Positions 1 through 12,281 of a stretch of DNA of 64,000 nt are shown here, piece by piece. The stretch spans positions 1 to 64,000 of the forward strand of contig CDRNVI010000185.1 in assembly GCA_977017575.1 (NCBI GenBank), read 5' to 3'. Position numbers and translations under genes: made by a program. The stretch comes from Paramoeba atlantica (taxonomy: Eukaryota > Protista > Discosea). Position 1 is the first letter of the stretch. Each line of letters starts with the position of its first letter. The notes below the pieces were generated by a model, which was not told the origin of the DNA, ran no database searches, and saw nothing but the letters and a program-made list of their open reading frames with translations.

Positions 1-96
1 GACCCCCCCCTGGACCCCCCCCCTGGACCCCCCCCCCTGGACCCCCCCCCTGGACCCCCCCTGGACCCCCCCTGGACCCCCCCCATGGACCCCCCA
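1..96 (+). repeat. Tandem array of TGGACCCCCC(C)n units, part of dispersed repeat family A
   Basis: About 8 units of ctggac(c)6-9. The following sequence (97-250) is homologous to 10900-11080. Confidence 0.8.
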
Positions 97-250
97 TTTT
101 TTTCAATTTTTTTTTTCAGTTTTGGTCCACCGGAGCCCCCTTTTATATTTTTTTCTTCTATTATATTACTGTGTTCCTCTTTATATTTTCACTGTTTTTG
201 TTCACTTTTCTTTCAATAATCGAGTATAGAGCGGTAGTTTTACAACCACC
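97..250 (+). repeat. Dispersed repeat family A copy
   Basis: ttttggtccaccggagccccc...tattatattactgtgttcctctttatattttc...caaccaccgcaa matches 10940-11077. Related segments at 10650-10715 (+) and 8560-8640 (-). Confidence 0.75.
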
Positions 251-1132
251 GCAATAAGTGTCCCTAGGTATAATAAGTGTCCCTAGGTATAATAACTTTG
301 CTTTGCAAAAAGGATAAAAAAAATTTCGCGCCGCTTCGCGGCGCGTTCTTCTTCACATTGCCCACAACAAGTTATGATCCATTTGTAAGTTTCCCTCTCG
401 CGCCTGGGGAAACGTGTGCGAGTGGGGGGGTAAGATTGTTTTCTGGGGGGTCAGGGGTAAAAGAATGTGAAATGCCACGAATACATGTATTTTCGTGGTT
501 ACTATACCCCAACTGATCAAAATTCTTGACAATGGATGTAATGCAAACAGATAGTGGCAGGCGGTGACAGATGGTGGCAGACAAAACCATACACTTCTGC
601 AGTACATCCAATGTCAATCTGATTTCTTGGTAAGTTTCCCTCATCAAACGCAACATTGAAATTTACGCGCAGTGAGTGGAAAAGACTGCTGCGACAACAA
701 AGAGCATGCACCAGCATGCTTTTACGTGTCCAGGAGATGAATTAACCCTTTCGGAGTTTATGTTTGGGCGATCGTCCGTAATCCCGTCTTTGTGGCATAA
801 ATCAGGGGGGGGATCAGAAAAATTGTAAAAAATGCAAGATTTTGTCTACCAAAAAACAATGTGATCTATGTGCATTCGAAAATCCAAACGCAGATTACGT
901 GCCTGCACGTTCATGAGCCCTGTTCGAGTGCTCTCGAATGCGCTATAACTTTCCAAAATGGGCCAAGTTTTACAAATTTTAGTCCCCTCCCACATCAAAG
1001 TTTACTGTCCTGTAAGTTCTGCACCCGCCTCTGAAGGTAGGGGGGAGGAGGTATAATAAGGACCCTAGGGACACTTATTATACCTAGGAGGTACAATAGG
1101 TGTCCCTAGGTATAATAACCCGGACGGTGGTT
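244..1132. mobile_element. Putative non-autonomous DNA transposon with subterminal repeats
   Basis: Short inverted termini AACCACCG/CGGTGGTT. The 18-bp motif TAAGTGTCCCTAGGTATA is repeated at both ends, in both orientations on the right. The right end resembles the terminus of the 11121-11363 MITE. Confidence 0.5.
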
Positions 1133-1949
1133 TAAAATGAAATTCCCATTTTTAAAAATGTTGCACAATAATAAATTCACAAATTTTTGTTTTCCTGTTT
1201 TTTGTTACACAAATAATCGTGTTGAGTGTAGAAGCAACATACGCGTTGCGCCTTGGCTCCATCCCACAGGAAACAATTTTTTCTTTCTGTGATCGTGACA
1301 ATTCTTCGAGGTTTTTCGACGAGGAGAAGCGAGGACATTTTTTGGCCAGAATCGGCACGTTTGCATAATCGCAGTTGGCACATTGCTCTACTTCCACACT
1401 TCATTCAGTGCTACTCTGCTTCAGTGTTTCGCAAGCACCGTCGTGGAGAACATAGTGTGAACGGTATAACTTTTTCACAGTGAACGCAGAACAGAGCAGG
1501 AATAACGTCACCTCCAGCCCGAACGCTTTCAGCCATGTCAATATTTTGGAGAAATGAAACCTACTACACTTATTTTTAAAATTACAATTTAAAACGCGCT
1601 TATAAACGCAGAAGCCATTCATACTCAGTAGAATCAATTTACAAACACCAATTCAATAGCTTCATCCCATATTCTATATTTTGTTTTCTAAGGATCTGCT
1701 TAGGAGGATGAAGATTCCTAACAATAGACTCGCCATGCCATCCTGTGACATCCACAGAGAGGGTAAACTTGCACAGTGTCCATTTGTGAAAGACACTTTT
1801 CTGTGAAAACGTTCGGGTTGTTTGAAAAAGAGTATTTGAATAGCTTTTTATGTGAAGATAGGGTGGGTGCCTTTTTGATGCGGAGCGGTTTACAAAGCAC
1901 CACAAAATTAGAAATCGAAACACATTCTTTTTTCCTGCATAAGAGTATT

Positions 1950-2768
1950 ATGATGTTTGCGGTGTATTTAGCAGAAACTGATTCAGGCTCCCAATGTACA
2001 ACTCGAATTGGTAGGGTCCGTGGAGCTGAATTGCCGCAGGAATATGAACTTATGCGATTTGTTGCTCACGTCAAACAACTGGATGCAACATGGAATAGTT
2101 CGACACCTGCATGTGAATGGAAGGATGTGACCTGCGAAGACGGCGTTCACGTGACCCATATCAGATGGTCGTATTCGAATCTATCCGGGTCTTTCAATTG
2201 GGATTCATTACCTCGGACGTTAATTTCCTTTAGCGTGTGGACGAATAAACTTGAAGGCTCGGTACATCTGGATGGATTACCACCCTCACTAACACATTTA
2301 CATTTACCTAACAATGCGTTTACGGGAAGTCTAGATCTGCAAAGTTTGCCTTCCATGCTCATCGAGCTATTTTTGGGGGAAAACGAGTTTGTTGGATCGG
2401 TCGATTTAGATCGTCTACCTATGACTTTGGTGAAATTATCACTTTGGCAAAACATGCTTTCAGGAAGGATAGAATTTTTGCATTTACCGCAAGCGCTCCA
2501 ATTTTTAAATTTGTCGGAAAATAATTTTTCAGGTCCCCTTGATTTGGATCACTTACCTCCAAATATGTTAAAGTTGCGTCTGCAAAATAACAACTTTTCC
2601 GGATTAGTGCGATTCGACAGGCTCCCCCCACGATTGCAGCAGTTGTGGCTCAACAACAATTCCGAGCTTCATGGGGATGTTAACGATTCAAAACTTCCCA
2701 CAACCATAAAGCAATTTCGAATCAGCGGCACTGACATATGTGGAAACGATAGGGTTCTTTGGTTTTAA
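1950..2768 (+). CDS. Leucine-rich repeat protein (plant-type LRRNT cap plus about 8 LRRs)
   Basis: W-x6-C-x-W-x2-V-x-C cap, then LxxLxLxxNxLxGxLxLxxLP repeats. The ORF is open from 1776; the ATG at 1950 matches the paralogue N-termini. Confidence 0.85.
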   Translation: MMFAVYLAETDSGSQCTTRIGRVRGAELPQEYELMRFVAHVKQLDATWNSSTPACEWKDVTCEDGVHVTHIRWSYSNLSGSFNWDSLPRTLISFSVWTNKLEGSVHLDGLPPSLTHLHLPNNAFTGSLDLQSLPSMLIELFLGENEFVGSVDLDRLPMTLVKLSLWQNMLSGRIEFLHLPQALQFLNLSENNFSGPLDLDHLPPNMLKLRLQNNNFSGLVRFDRLPPRLQQLWLNNNSELHGDVNDSKLPTTIKQFRISGTDICGNDRVLWF

Positions 2769-3492
2769 AACACTTTTTTGACTAGGCTTGTCGTTATTTG
2801 TTTTCTTGACAGTGTACAATGAAATACAACTATGCATGTACTAAACGATTCTTAATGAGTTTAGCAATTCACTTTTTCGAGGACGAAACAAACACTTGCA
2901 GAAAGGTTTCCTACATGTCATGTAGGCATGTCATGGTGAAATACTCTTTCGTAGAAAGTTATTTTCACTCTTACGATAGGATTATTTGGACAACTAGTAC
3001 CTAAATTGCGCAAAAAATATTTTTTTCCTAAAATTATAGTTGAATTCTTCATGTTTCTGGTTACAGGACTTTATCTAGTACCCGTGGTCGTTAAAGATGT
3101 CAGTGCCGCCTTGAACATTCACCCGATGATCAATAATTCCGGGTGACAACCTGGGTGGCGGATCAAGACGGTCGTGGGAGAGATTTTCCGCCGTGAAATA
3201 AGTGAAAAATGACCCCCGATGGACACACCCTAGTCTGGGCCTCCGCCTTCTGAATTTTGAAGATCAATTTTAAAAATTGATGGTCAATTTTTTTTGACCA
3301 CTACGGCGACCTGAAAAAGCCTCCTGTAAAAGCCACCAGAAAAAGCGTAATGTGGCTACGCGTGACGTTTCACGACACTTCGTAATGACGCGTGACGTTT
3401 CGTGACAGTCAAGAGTTGCATAGACTCCATTAAAAGGATACGCATACAAATTTTCTTTGCGCCATTTAGGTACTAATCCTCTGATTATTTGT

Positions 3493-4406
3493 ATGCTTAC
3501 GTACGCATCTTCTTCGGATGCCCAGTCACCCACGAAATTCATTTCACCCACAAGAGTATGCACGGCCTTACTACCGTAGGAATATGAACTTGCACAGTTA
3601 ATCCGAGATATCCCACTGGAAATCAGGCCCTTATTCATATGTGACGAACCAACATGGAATATAGAGACGCCTGCTTGCGAGTGGGATGGAATGCAGTGTG
3701 ATCAAAGTGACAAAGTCGTTTGTATTAACTGGAAAGGCTATGGTCTATACGGAAAGCTACCCCTAAGGCATCTTCCGGTTTCCATATGTGAGGTAGTCGT
3801 TTCCGAGAATTATTTTACCGGTGTAGTCGATCTTGATCTGTTGCCGCCTGGTCTAAGGATGCTCATCGCAACGGTTTCGAAGACTTTCTTGAGCTTTGAT
3901 CATTACCTGCTACACTCGAAAATATGAATTTGAGTTCTAACCAATTCACGGGAAATCTCAATCTTTGTAGTTTGCCCATTGCCATTCGTGAGTTAAATTT
4001 ATCTGACAACTCATTTACTGGTACGCCAGACCTTACAGCACTGTCCCTAAACTTGGAACTCGTGCTCTTGGAGAATAATGAGTTTTCTGGCGAGGTGAGC
4101 CTTAGCAAATTGTCGTCTAATATTGTGTTTATTGCGCTTGACGGGAACCGGTTGACGGACATCTCTAATTTGCAGCATTTGCCTTCAAACCTTAGGTATT
4201 TGAATCTACGCAGAAATCCACTTGAAGGTCGGGTGCACTTGGATCAGTTGCCTTCGAAATTAGGATACTTAGGGCTAGAATCTATAGACCTGAAGCACTT
4301 TGTTTTACTCTTTGGTGAAGTACGTCAAAATCAGCTCCCTGAAAACTTGTCACTTCAAATCCGGGGTACTCTAATAAAAGTTATGGAACCACGAAACAAT
4401 TTCTAA
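3493..4406 (+). pseudogene. LRR family pseudogene
   Basis: LP*EYEL (TAG at 3577, where paralogues have LPQEYEL), CEWDGMQC cap, frameshift and stop near 3860-3900, then LRRs continue in ORF 3924-4406. Confidence 0.8.
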
Positions 4407-4649
4407 AATATTTTAGTGGAACATTTCTTTTTTGTGCACGAATTAGTATTAAACCGGGGGTCAGTCTAATATTAAGAGGGAAGGCCACCGCCAATGCGGC
4501 ACTATTCTGCCATATTCTGCCGATCGCAGGGGTTTATTTTTGGAACCGGCCCCGCGCCGCGAAGCGGCGCACTTTTTTGTGTGAAAAGCCTTTTTTGATT
4601 TCGCGGTTTTATACCCCTCCAGTAATGGAATCGATTTTGGATCAAAATG

Positions 4650-4900
4650 GGTCAAATCCTTGTTACTGGGGGGGTATACTTTTTGGGAGAGAAAGGAGCG
4701 TTTTTGTTCATGAATGCGTTGATTTTCAGTCCATCCAACCCCGCAACCACGCCATTCGCTCCCTTGCAACCGCCTTCACACCGCCCAGCCACCCCCACCC
4801 GCCCAAACAACCCCCCCCCCCCTCCAACGACCCTCCCGAGCTAAATCCTTGTTACTGGGGGTCTGTCAAAAAAGGGTCAAATCCTTGTTACTGGGGGGGT
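4650..4900 (+). repeat. Three copies of AAATCCTTGTTACTGGGGG
   Basis: Direct repeats near 4654, 4843 and 4879. Confidence 0.7.
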
Positions 4901-4940
4901 GTACGGTAGCAGCGGTTACTAGCAGCTACTCTGTAATTCT

Positions 4941-5047
4941 TTTTTAGTCACTTCGTTAAACGCGGTGGTTGTTTTCAACTTAGAAGTCACTCATGCTGCG
5001 TGCTTCGAGTTGAAAACTACCTCCGCGTTTAATGAAGCGGCTAAAAA
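4941..5047. repeat. Palindromic hairpin repeat family B
   Basis: Long imperfect inverted arms (TTTTTAGG...CGTTAAACGCGGT...GTTTTCAAC) around a ~30-nt loop. Confidence 0.75.
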
Positions 5048-5437
5048 ATAAAAATTGCCAAAAAGATCACGAATACCGTTACCCCCCCTTACTTTACTAA
5101 CTGGGCGCACTGTAACCCTTTCTTTGGTAAAATCACGCGCATATTCCTTTTAGTAGATTTGTTACTAACCGTACAGATTTGTTAATAACCGTAAATTTCA
5201 TTGAGATTTCCTCCCCAACAATGTCCGGATTCATGTATAGCCTCGCCTTCGCCTTCTACGCCCCTGCCCCCACCCCCCACCCATTCCACATTTTATGTTC
5301 TTGCACTGAGATAAGTGCGTACGCCGCACCGAGACCGCACCGAGACCGCGCCGAGACCGCACCGAATCCCCACCCGCAGCCCCTCACGTATCATGGTGGG
5401 TGGCTTGGTGCACATAAAAAAGAAATCATGTGACAAA

Positions 5438-6061
5438 GTACCGGTCGAGCAGAAAATTTGGTCCACTTTTATTTGGCCCCAACAAATTTGGTCCACATAA
5501 ATTTTGGTCCGACTTTATTTTTCCTTCCGCAGCGGTCCAAAATACTTTTTGACTTTATTGTCAGGCGTTTTCAAAGTTTCCTAAATTTAGAACTCGTCAT
5601 TAGAAATTTTTGCTTCTTTCAATCGACACTTCTTTTTTTAGTCTTGGTGTAATGTCTCAGTCTGTTGAATGGGTGCAGAAAATCTTTGATCAAAATATTT
5701 ACTCTACGCACGTAGGGTCATCACTATAGGCTATAGTGATTCTATAATAGCACATATAGTGAGGCTGAAGTTAGAGCAATTTGTGAATTGTGTGTGACAC
5801 GAAAGGTTGCAAGTGTTGTAAGCTACTGGAATAGCACAGAAAGAAAAAACAATCTAAAAGTACGGTCCTTCATTTTCTGGAAAACGAGAAATCTAATGAC
5901 GATATCAATCCTCGAGGGAGGCCAGGAAAATATACCTTTTTTTTCAATGCACGAAAAATTTGGCCCCAATAATTTTGGTCCACATAAATATTGTTCCGAC
6001 TTTTTTTTCGAGCTCGTAGGACCAAATTAAAAAAATGTCAATTTTTTTGCTCGACCGGTAC
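5438..6061. mobile_element. TA-flanked MITE / deleted Tc1-mariner-like element
   Basis: GTACCGGTCGAGCA at 5438 and TGCTCGACCGGTAC ending at 6061 (TA|CCGG...CCGG|TA), with TTTGG(T/C)CC subterminal repeats. Confidence 0.7.
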
Positions 6062-7237
6062 ATGCTGGATGTCACGCACAAGTAACTGAGGATTGCGCCG
6101 CGAAGCGGTGCCGATTTTTTTCCACATGGGACTTTTTTTCTCCCCCGCAGTCCTCGTTAACAGCAGATTATTGCCCATTTCTGCCATATTCTGCCGATCA
6201 CCACAGACGCGTGGCCCCCCCTCTAAGATTGAAAATGCTAATATTAAGATTGCAAAGGTGCTAATATTAAGATTAGGCAGTGAATCTTAATATTAAAGTG
6301 ACATCTTAATATTAAAGTGTCCAAAAAATGAATCTTAATATTAATGTGTCGCCATTATAATATTAAGATTGTAGAATCGTTGTGAACTGTTGAAGACCCA
6401 GTAGAATAAATTTATTACAGTATTTTATAAGAAATACGTTCTATCCATTGGATAGAACCATTATCTTCTTCGGACTCGGCACTGTCACTTGGACGACTTT
6501 CAGAGTCACAGTTTTCAGATTCATGAAGCAGAGAATCGCTTAAGTCGGAGGGTTGCATACACCTTCGTCATCCTTAAGAGAGCAAACCTCAACATAATCT
6601 TCGACGACTCTGTAACATTCGTTGATTACTTCTCCGTGGCTACGCAGCGATAGTGCCGTTAATTGTGAAGCAATATGGTCCACCAAAAAAATCAGAAAAG
6701 TTAAAGAACCAAAGAAAATCCTTAAAAAAATCGAATCTTAATATTGAAGTGAATCTTCATATTAAAGTGTCATTTTAATATTAAAGTGCCAATCTTAATA
6801 TTAAAGTAGATCTTCATATTAAACTAACCTTAGTATTGAACTGACCCCCGGTTTACACAAAATTTTACTGCCCATATTTATGTGGGAAGGCGGGGCTTTC
6901 TGTGAAGAGGACTTTACAGAAACAATTGTTTTTATCATTTTTACGAAACGTTTTCCGGTATCAAATGCAAGAAGAATGAGCTCAAACTGACCCGTCACCT
7001 CCATCCACTCATTAGCGTTACGTTTTACTAGACCCGGGCAACGCTAGGATGGAGGGAAAGTAAGAATTCGAAACCTCTTTAATAGTAAAGATCAAAAATA
7101 TTATATGATAAAATAATATGTTACGGCGGTACAGGACTGGTACCGCCTCCGGGCACGATAACTCGGCGAAAGGGTTAAGGGGTGCTTCATTTCTATCTTT
7201 CTATTTAAAAAATATTACTGCAGCTGTTGTTTATTTC

Positions 7238-7616
7238 ATGAGAATGTGGTTCCTAATTCTCAGAAGAGTTGCACTTGCAGATTCAACCCATACTCGAACC
7301 CGTCTGGGTAAAGTGCGCGGAGCCATCCTCTCGCAAGACATGCAAATGGAAACTTATTGAGAATTTGGTGAAGAAGTCAGTAATTACCAGCAATAAAACA
7401 GAGGCATGCTTATGGACCGGTGTCACATGTACTTCCGACCATGAAGTTTCTGGCATCGATTGGTCGGCCAAAGCGCTGAAGGGTAGCCTTAGCTGGGGTA
7501 GCCTACCCCACACTGTGTGCAATGTTCGCGTAGGAGATAATGAACTTAGTGGTACTGTTCCGGTTTCTGCACTTCCCCCTAAACTCACATATTTACAGGG
7601 TTCGCGGAAACTTTAA
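7238..7616 (+). pseudogene. LRR family pseudogene, frameshifted and 3'-truncated
   Basis: RLGKVRGAILSQ motif in one frame, ACLWTGVTC cap plus LRRs in another. Homology ends near 7597, where a CAGGG-starting AT-rich sequence begins. Confidence 0.75.
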
Positions 7617-8559
7617 AACTTTCAAGAAAGTACTTTAAAGTTACTTTATTTTTTTTCCAAAAACTTTCAAAAACTTTTTTTCCTTCGTATACTTTAGAAT
7701 TGCAGAAATTTCTTTCATCATGATTTTGATTCGTCTGTATTCATTACAGTTTATTATTAGGCCTCTATACAATACGCGATACTCTTTTTTCCGATGGTAT
7801 CGGTTTCCTGAGAATAGCAAAAAACGTTTTTTGACTGCGAGAGGTCTGCAGACGGATTGCATATCGGCGGAAAGGCATCTTCGAAAGCACGATAAAAGCT
7901 ATGATGCGTGGTGCACGGAACAAAGGGAGAAATATCGCCGTGAAAATCAAATGAAGCTTTGTCGGTCGCGGAAACACTTCTCGCATCAAACAGCGATGGG
8001 GTGAGCAAATTGAAAACTATGGGAATGCAAGTGGCCGAGAGATAAGCAGCTCTAATGAAGCAAGATGCCGCGAGCTCTTCGGCAATGGATTTAATCTGCA
8101 GTCTTTACGAAATCAGGGCAGTCTTCAATATTATTATAATATTGAAAAATGACTTGCTCCGCGGTCAAGGGAGAGAAGTGGGTCTGTATGAAAGTGGCGT
8201 CACAGCTCTTCGCTAGGGGAACGAGAATGAGCAAAAACAGATAACAAACATTGAATTTGTCAGAGTAGAATATTTGCTTTTGATTGGTTCTTTTTTGAAA
8301 CGATGAAAAATTAGCTTTTTAAAGTTGTCCCCGCTACTTTTCGCATGAGAGGGCACATAACTTTCTCGTTCAAAATTCTGAGATCTGCACATTCCCGCCA
8401 TTTTTAGATCATTTCAAAAAAAGAAAAATAGAAAATATTATTTTATTTTACTTTTTTGCATCGTCATTTCACACCAAATTTGAGAAAACAAACACTGCGG
8501 CTAGGGGGCACAAGTAGGTCAGTATGAAAAAATAGCGACAAAGCTCATTGCTAGGGGAA

Positions 8560-8830
8560 TGAGAAAGGGGCCCCGGTGGTAAAAAATTGAAACAAAAATT
8601 CAAAAAAATGGGGGGTCCATGGGGGTGGTCCAGAGGAGGGGCATAGGTCGCGTTTTTTTTCGAATTTTTTGGTTCTCAAAATCGAGCGCGGGGAAGTGGT
8701 AGAGTATGCCGCGGCGATGATTTTCCACCCCCCATCTGGGGGTGACCCCCCTGGTATGGGCAGGAGGGGTCCGGCAAGTTCGAAAATTCCGAATTTTTTG
8801 GGGTGACCCCAAAACAATTTCACCGAAAAA
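8560..8830 (-). repeat. Repeat family A, inverted copy
   Basis: The reverse complement matches 10440-10700 (GGGGGTCACCCCC, CCGAACTTG, GGACCCCCCATTTTTTT, ACCACCGG-GCCCC). Confidence 0.65.
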
Positions 8831-9070
8831 AGAGTAAAAGGAACATATTGCCAAAATCGACTCCTAAATCGTATTTTGAGAGTTTGAGACCTCAGCTACC
8901 ATTCTATAACGTTTTTTTCGTCAGATGCGCCTCCTACTCCTACAGGTAAGTCCTCATAAACGGCCCAAATTTGGCGTAAAATATCGCGTTTTGCGCCTAA
9001 AAATTGGGATTTTTCACCCAAGAAAGTAGATTATTCATGATTTCCAAAATACAATTGGCACTTTTTCTTC

Positions 9071-9165
9071 TTTAGTCTCTTCGTTACACGGAGGTAGTTT
9101 TCAACGCGAAGCGCGCAACCTGAGTGACTTCAAAGTTGAAAATAACCACCTCGTTCAAGAGACTT
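9071..9165 (-). repeat. Hairpin repeat family B, reverse orientation
   Basis: GTTTTCAAC GCGAAGCGCGC...TGAGTGACTTC AAGTTGAAAA: the family B loop in reverse orientation. Confidence 0.65.
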
Positions 9166-9354
9166 TACTTACTATTATAGTATTAGTTAAATAGGGGACA
9201 AACGCAAGTAAATATGTGGTCCTTGTAAGTACGCACGGTAGTTTAAGGGGCTTTTAAGCTGCGATAGAGCACTTAAAAAGTTATAAAACATGATTTTAGC
9301 TTACAATTCTATCTATTGCCAAAGAATAGGCCCGCGAGGTGTTCATAGTGGCAG

Positions 9355-9447
9355 AATTATTAATAATTTTTGGCTTTAATAATAATTATTATTAAAAAAT
9401 TATTAGCGATTATTAATAATTATTAATAATTATTAATAATTATTAAG
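9355..9447. repeat. AT-only self-complementary tandem repeat (AATTATTAAT)n
   Basis: Direct reading; a similar tract lies at 9876-9940. Confidence 0.7.
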
Positions 9448-9764
9448 TTGTTCTTAACGATGCCCTGAGCGTGAAAAATTAAGGTTCAATTGGACACTAT
9501 GGTACCAGGGAGCGCTAGATATGCACTTTCAGTGCAACCATCAACCATTTATCCTACGTTTCCAGTACCATAAAAGTATTACAATAAAGTTTTTAACGTG
9601 TTAGGGGCCCTTGTTTGATGCACACAACCGGACAATTCCCTGTCTTTCGCAGCACCCTTCCTTAGGCTACTTGCCGAACATTGTGTCAGTCCGAAAAAAG
9701 GTGAAATTTTCTCCCCTTAGATACATTTTTTCCCAAAGGAGGCCGCAAATTTGAGCTTTTTAAG

Positions 9765-9866
9765 TACTGTCCCCCCTATTTACTATTGAGTGCTCTACCC
9801 CCCCCTACTGTATTTAGTGTTGAATTTTGCCGAATTTCACTCAACACTAAATAGGGGGGGACAGTA
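9765..9866. mobile_element. ~100-bp TA-flanked MITE
   Basis: TACTGTCCCCCCTATTTA ... TAAATAGGGGGGGACAGTA inverted termini. Confidence 0.65.
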
Positions 9867-9942
9867 CCATTGAAGAATTATTATATTAATAATTGTTTTT
9901 TTTTATAATAGAAATTATTAATAATTTCTATTATAATTTTCC

Positions 9943-10440
9943 TTTTTAGGCTCTTCGTTAAACGCGGTCGTTGTTTTCAACTTAGAAGTCACTCATGCTG
10001 CGCTCCTCGCGTTGAAAACTACCACCGCGTTTAACGAAGAGCCTAAAAAAGAAAGTTTGGCCAGGGACGTTGGAGAAAACGGAAGGATTATAGTCAAAAA
10101 TAGCCGATTTTCGGGTAAAAATGGGGTCATTTTTGGGTATTTTTGCTCTCAGAGAACTAAATCCGACATTTGCGTGTGGGAAATCACTCGTAGGCATGAA
10201 TGGAAGCCTACCGAACGTATTGGGTAGAGAATGCGACTCCAACCATACCATTCTTTCGACCCAAAAATGCCCCTTTAGGTCCGAAAAATACTTTTTCACC
10301 TTTTTTAGTCAAAAATGGGTCATTTTGAGGGGCGCACCACGGCTCGAAGAAGGGATACTTTTCGAAAACAACTGCGGAGAGAGCTAGTATAGGTCCCAAA
10401 CTATCAAAATACAATAGGGCAAACGATTTTGGAAAAATAT
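9943..10440 (+). repeat. Hairpin family B plus ~400-bp conserved extension
   Basis: Near-perfect hairpin 9943-10050; the downstream sequence is a diverged homologue of 11480-11900. Confidence 0.75.
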
Positions 10441-10724
10441 TTTTCTTGCCATTTTTTTCGCCAAGTTTAAATTTTTATCAAAAAGTTTTTCTGAAAAAAT
10501 CCGAACTTGGCGGACCCGTCCTGCGGATACGCAGGGGGGTCACCCCCGGGTGGGGGGGTGAAAAATGCGCGCCAAGACCCCGGCTACCCCTTCTGCACTT
10601 GTTTTTCGAAAAATATTTCATGCGGTATGCCCCCCCCTAAACCCCCCTCTAGACCCCCCATTTTTTTCAATTTTTCAGTTTTGGACCACCGGAGCCCCCT
10701 TTTATAAATATAAAATTCCAGAAA

Positions 10725-10895
10725 TATGCATCATAAATGTGCCGCATGCAATATCAATGTGCTGTATGCATTATCAACGTGCCGGATTTGTGCATTATCA
10801 ATGTGCCCCAATTATGCATCATAAATGTGCCGCATGCAATATCAATGTGCCGTATGCAATATCAACGTGCACTTCTTATGCATTATCAATGTGCC
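10725..10895 (+). repeat. Minisatellite, ~20-25-bp unit (ATGCATTATCAATGTGCC)
   Basis: About 8 degenerate units, lying between two family A segments. Confidence 0.8.
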
Positions 10896-11120
10896 AGCGG
10901 CCCCCCCTGGACCCCCCATTTTTTTTAATTTTTTCATTTCATTTTTGGACCACCGGAGCCCCCTTTAATATTTTTTTCATCTATTATATTACTGTGTTCC
11001 TCTTTATATTTTCATTTTTTTTGTTCACTGTTTTTTCAATAATCGAGGGTAGTGCAGTAGTTATACAACCACCGCAAAAATTATTTACTGCCACTATGGA
11101 GGTGTTCGATGAAATGATAT

Positions 11121-11363
11121 AAACCACAGTCCGGTTTAACATTCCGGGGGGGAATGTTAATTAGCTGCAGTAATGTTAAGTAGCTACAGGAATGTGAAAT
11201 TTTCAAGATATTTTTTTGAAAGGAAAAATAACTTCATTTATTCAGTATCTTCCTCTTCGCCCATTCAAATAAGCCCATTCAAACGCATGGGACATCATAA
11301 CATTGCCCCCCCCCCCCCCGGAATGTTATCTAGCTACAGGAATGTTAAACCGGACTGTGGTTT
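11121..11363. mobile_element. 243-bp MITE with perfect 25-bp TIRs
   Basis: AAACCACAGTCCGGTTTAACATTCC (11121-11145) and its exact reverse complement (11339-11363); internal TAGCTACAGGAATGT repeats. Confidence 0.85.
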
Positions 11364-11372
11364 AGTAATTTC

Positions 11373-11900
11373 TTTTTTAGGCTCTTCGTTAAACGCGGTG
11401 GTCGTTTTCAGCTTAGAAGTCACTCATGCTGCGCGCTTCGCGTTGAAAACTACCTCCGCGTTTAATGGGGAGCCTAAAAATGAAAATTTAGCTTCGAAAG
11501 TAGAAGAAATTGGAAGGATTGGAGCCACAAGTAGCCAATTTTTGGGTAAGAATAGGTCTATTTTAGCGCATTTCTGCTCTCAGAGCACTAAATTCGATGT
11601 TTGCGTGTCGGAAATCACTCGAAGGCGTGCATTCAACGATACAGAACGTAATGGGTAGAGAATGCGACTCCAATGACACCATTCTTCCGACACAAAAAGC
11701 CCCTTTGGGTCCGAAAATTACTTTTCCACATATTTCGGTAAAAATGGGTTATTTTGGGAGGCGTACTGCGGCTCCAAGAAGGTGTATCTTATGAAACTAA
11801 CGGCGTAGAGAGCTAGTGCACGTCCCAATCTATAAAAATACAATAGGCGAAACAATTTTGAAAAAAATATTGGATTAATGCCATCGAAAATGTACCCCAA
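11373..11900 (+). repeat. Hairpin family B plus extension (second long copy)
   Basis: Hairpin 11373-11480; extension homologous to 10050-10440. Confidence 0.75.
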
Positions 11901-12281
11901 AGTCGATTTTTTTGATTTTTTTATAGTTTTTATTTCTTCACTCCAGATTCATATTCTGGTACCTTTGCAACGTTTTTTCACCCATTTTTACACGCTTTCG
12001 CCTACCTAGTTTATCCTCAATACCTAAGTTCCGACGTCAAAAAAGTTTCCTTTTTCGGAATTTCATCGGTTTCGTTCACTCTTACTTCGTTCATACAAGT
12101 AAGAATGAAGTACTGGTGTTTGCAGTGATTGCTTCAGTCTTCCCTCTGGGCAAGTGTATGTACTCGATCTTTTTTTCGCAAAATTAAAATGTTTTTCATA
12201 TTTTTCCTTCCGAAAAAGGAAGGTTATACTATATAGTAACCTATACGTTACTAGAACTTTTGAAACGCCTTTTAGCTAAAA

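Larger units (their letters stand above)
4450..6855. mobile_element. TIR element (~2.4 kb) with nested insertions and AATATTAAG subterminal repeats
   Basis: TAAACCGGGGGTCAGT at 4450 and its exact reverse complement ending at 6855. Many AATATTAA(G/A) repeats at 4468 and 6240-6830. TTCTGCCATATTCTGCCGATC occurs at ~4505 and ~6179. Confidence 0.6.

Noticed and set aside
1-96. Telomeric repeat
   Set aside because: Unit length is variable and the array continues into a dispersed repeat family also found internally (8560, 10650, 10900).
3577-3579. In-frame TAG at a conserved Gln codon (and TAA at 29747), suggesting stop-codon reassignment
   Set aside because: The two stops replace different residues (Gln, Leu), the 3493 gene has additional frameshifts, and long genes terminate normally at TAG/TAA.
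10725-10895. CRISPR-like array
   Set aside because: The units are degenerate and contiguous, with no unique spacers and no cas genes, in a eukaryotic context.
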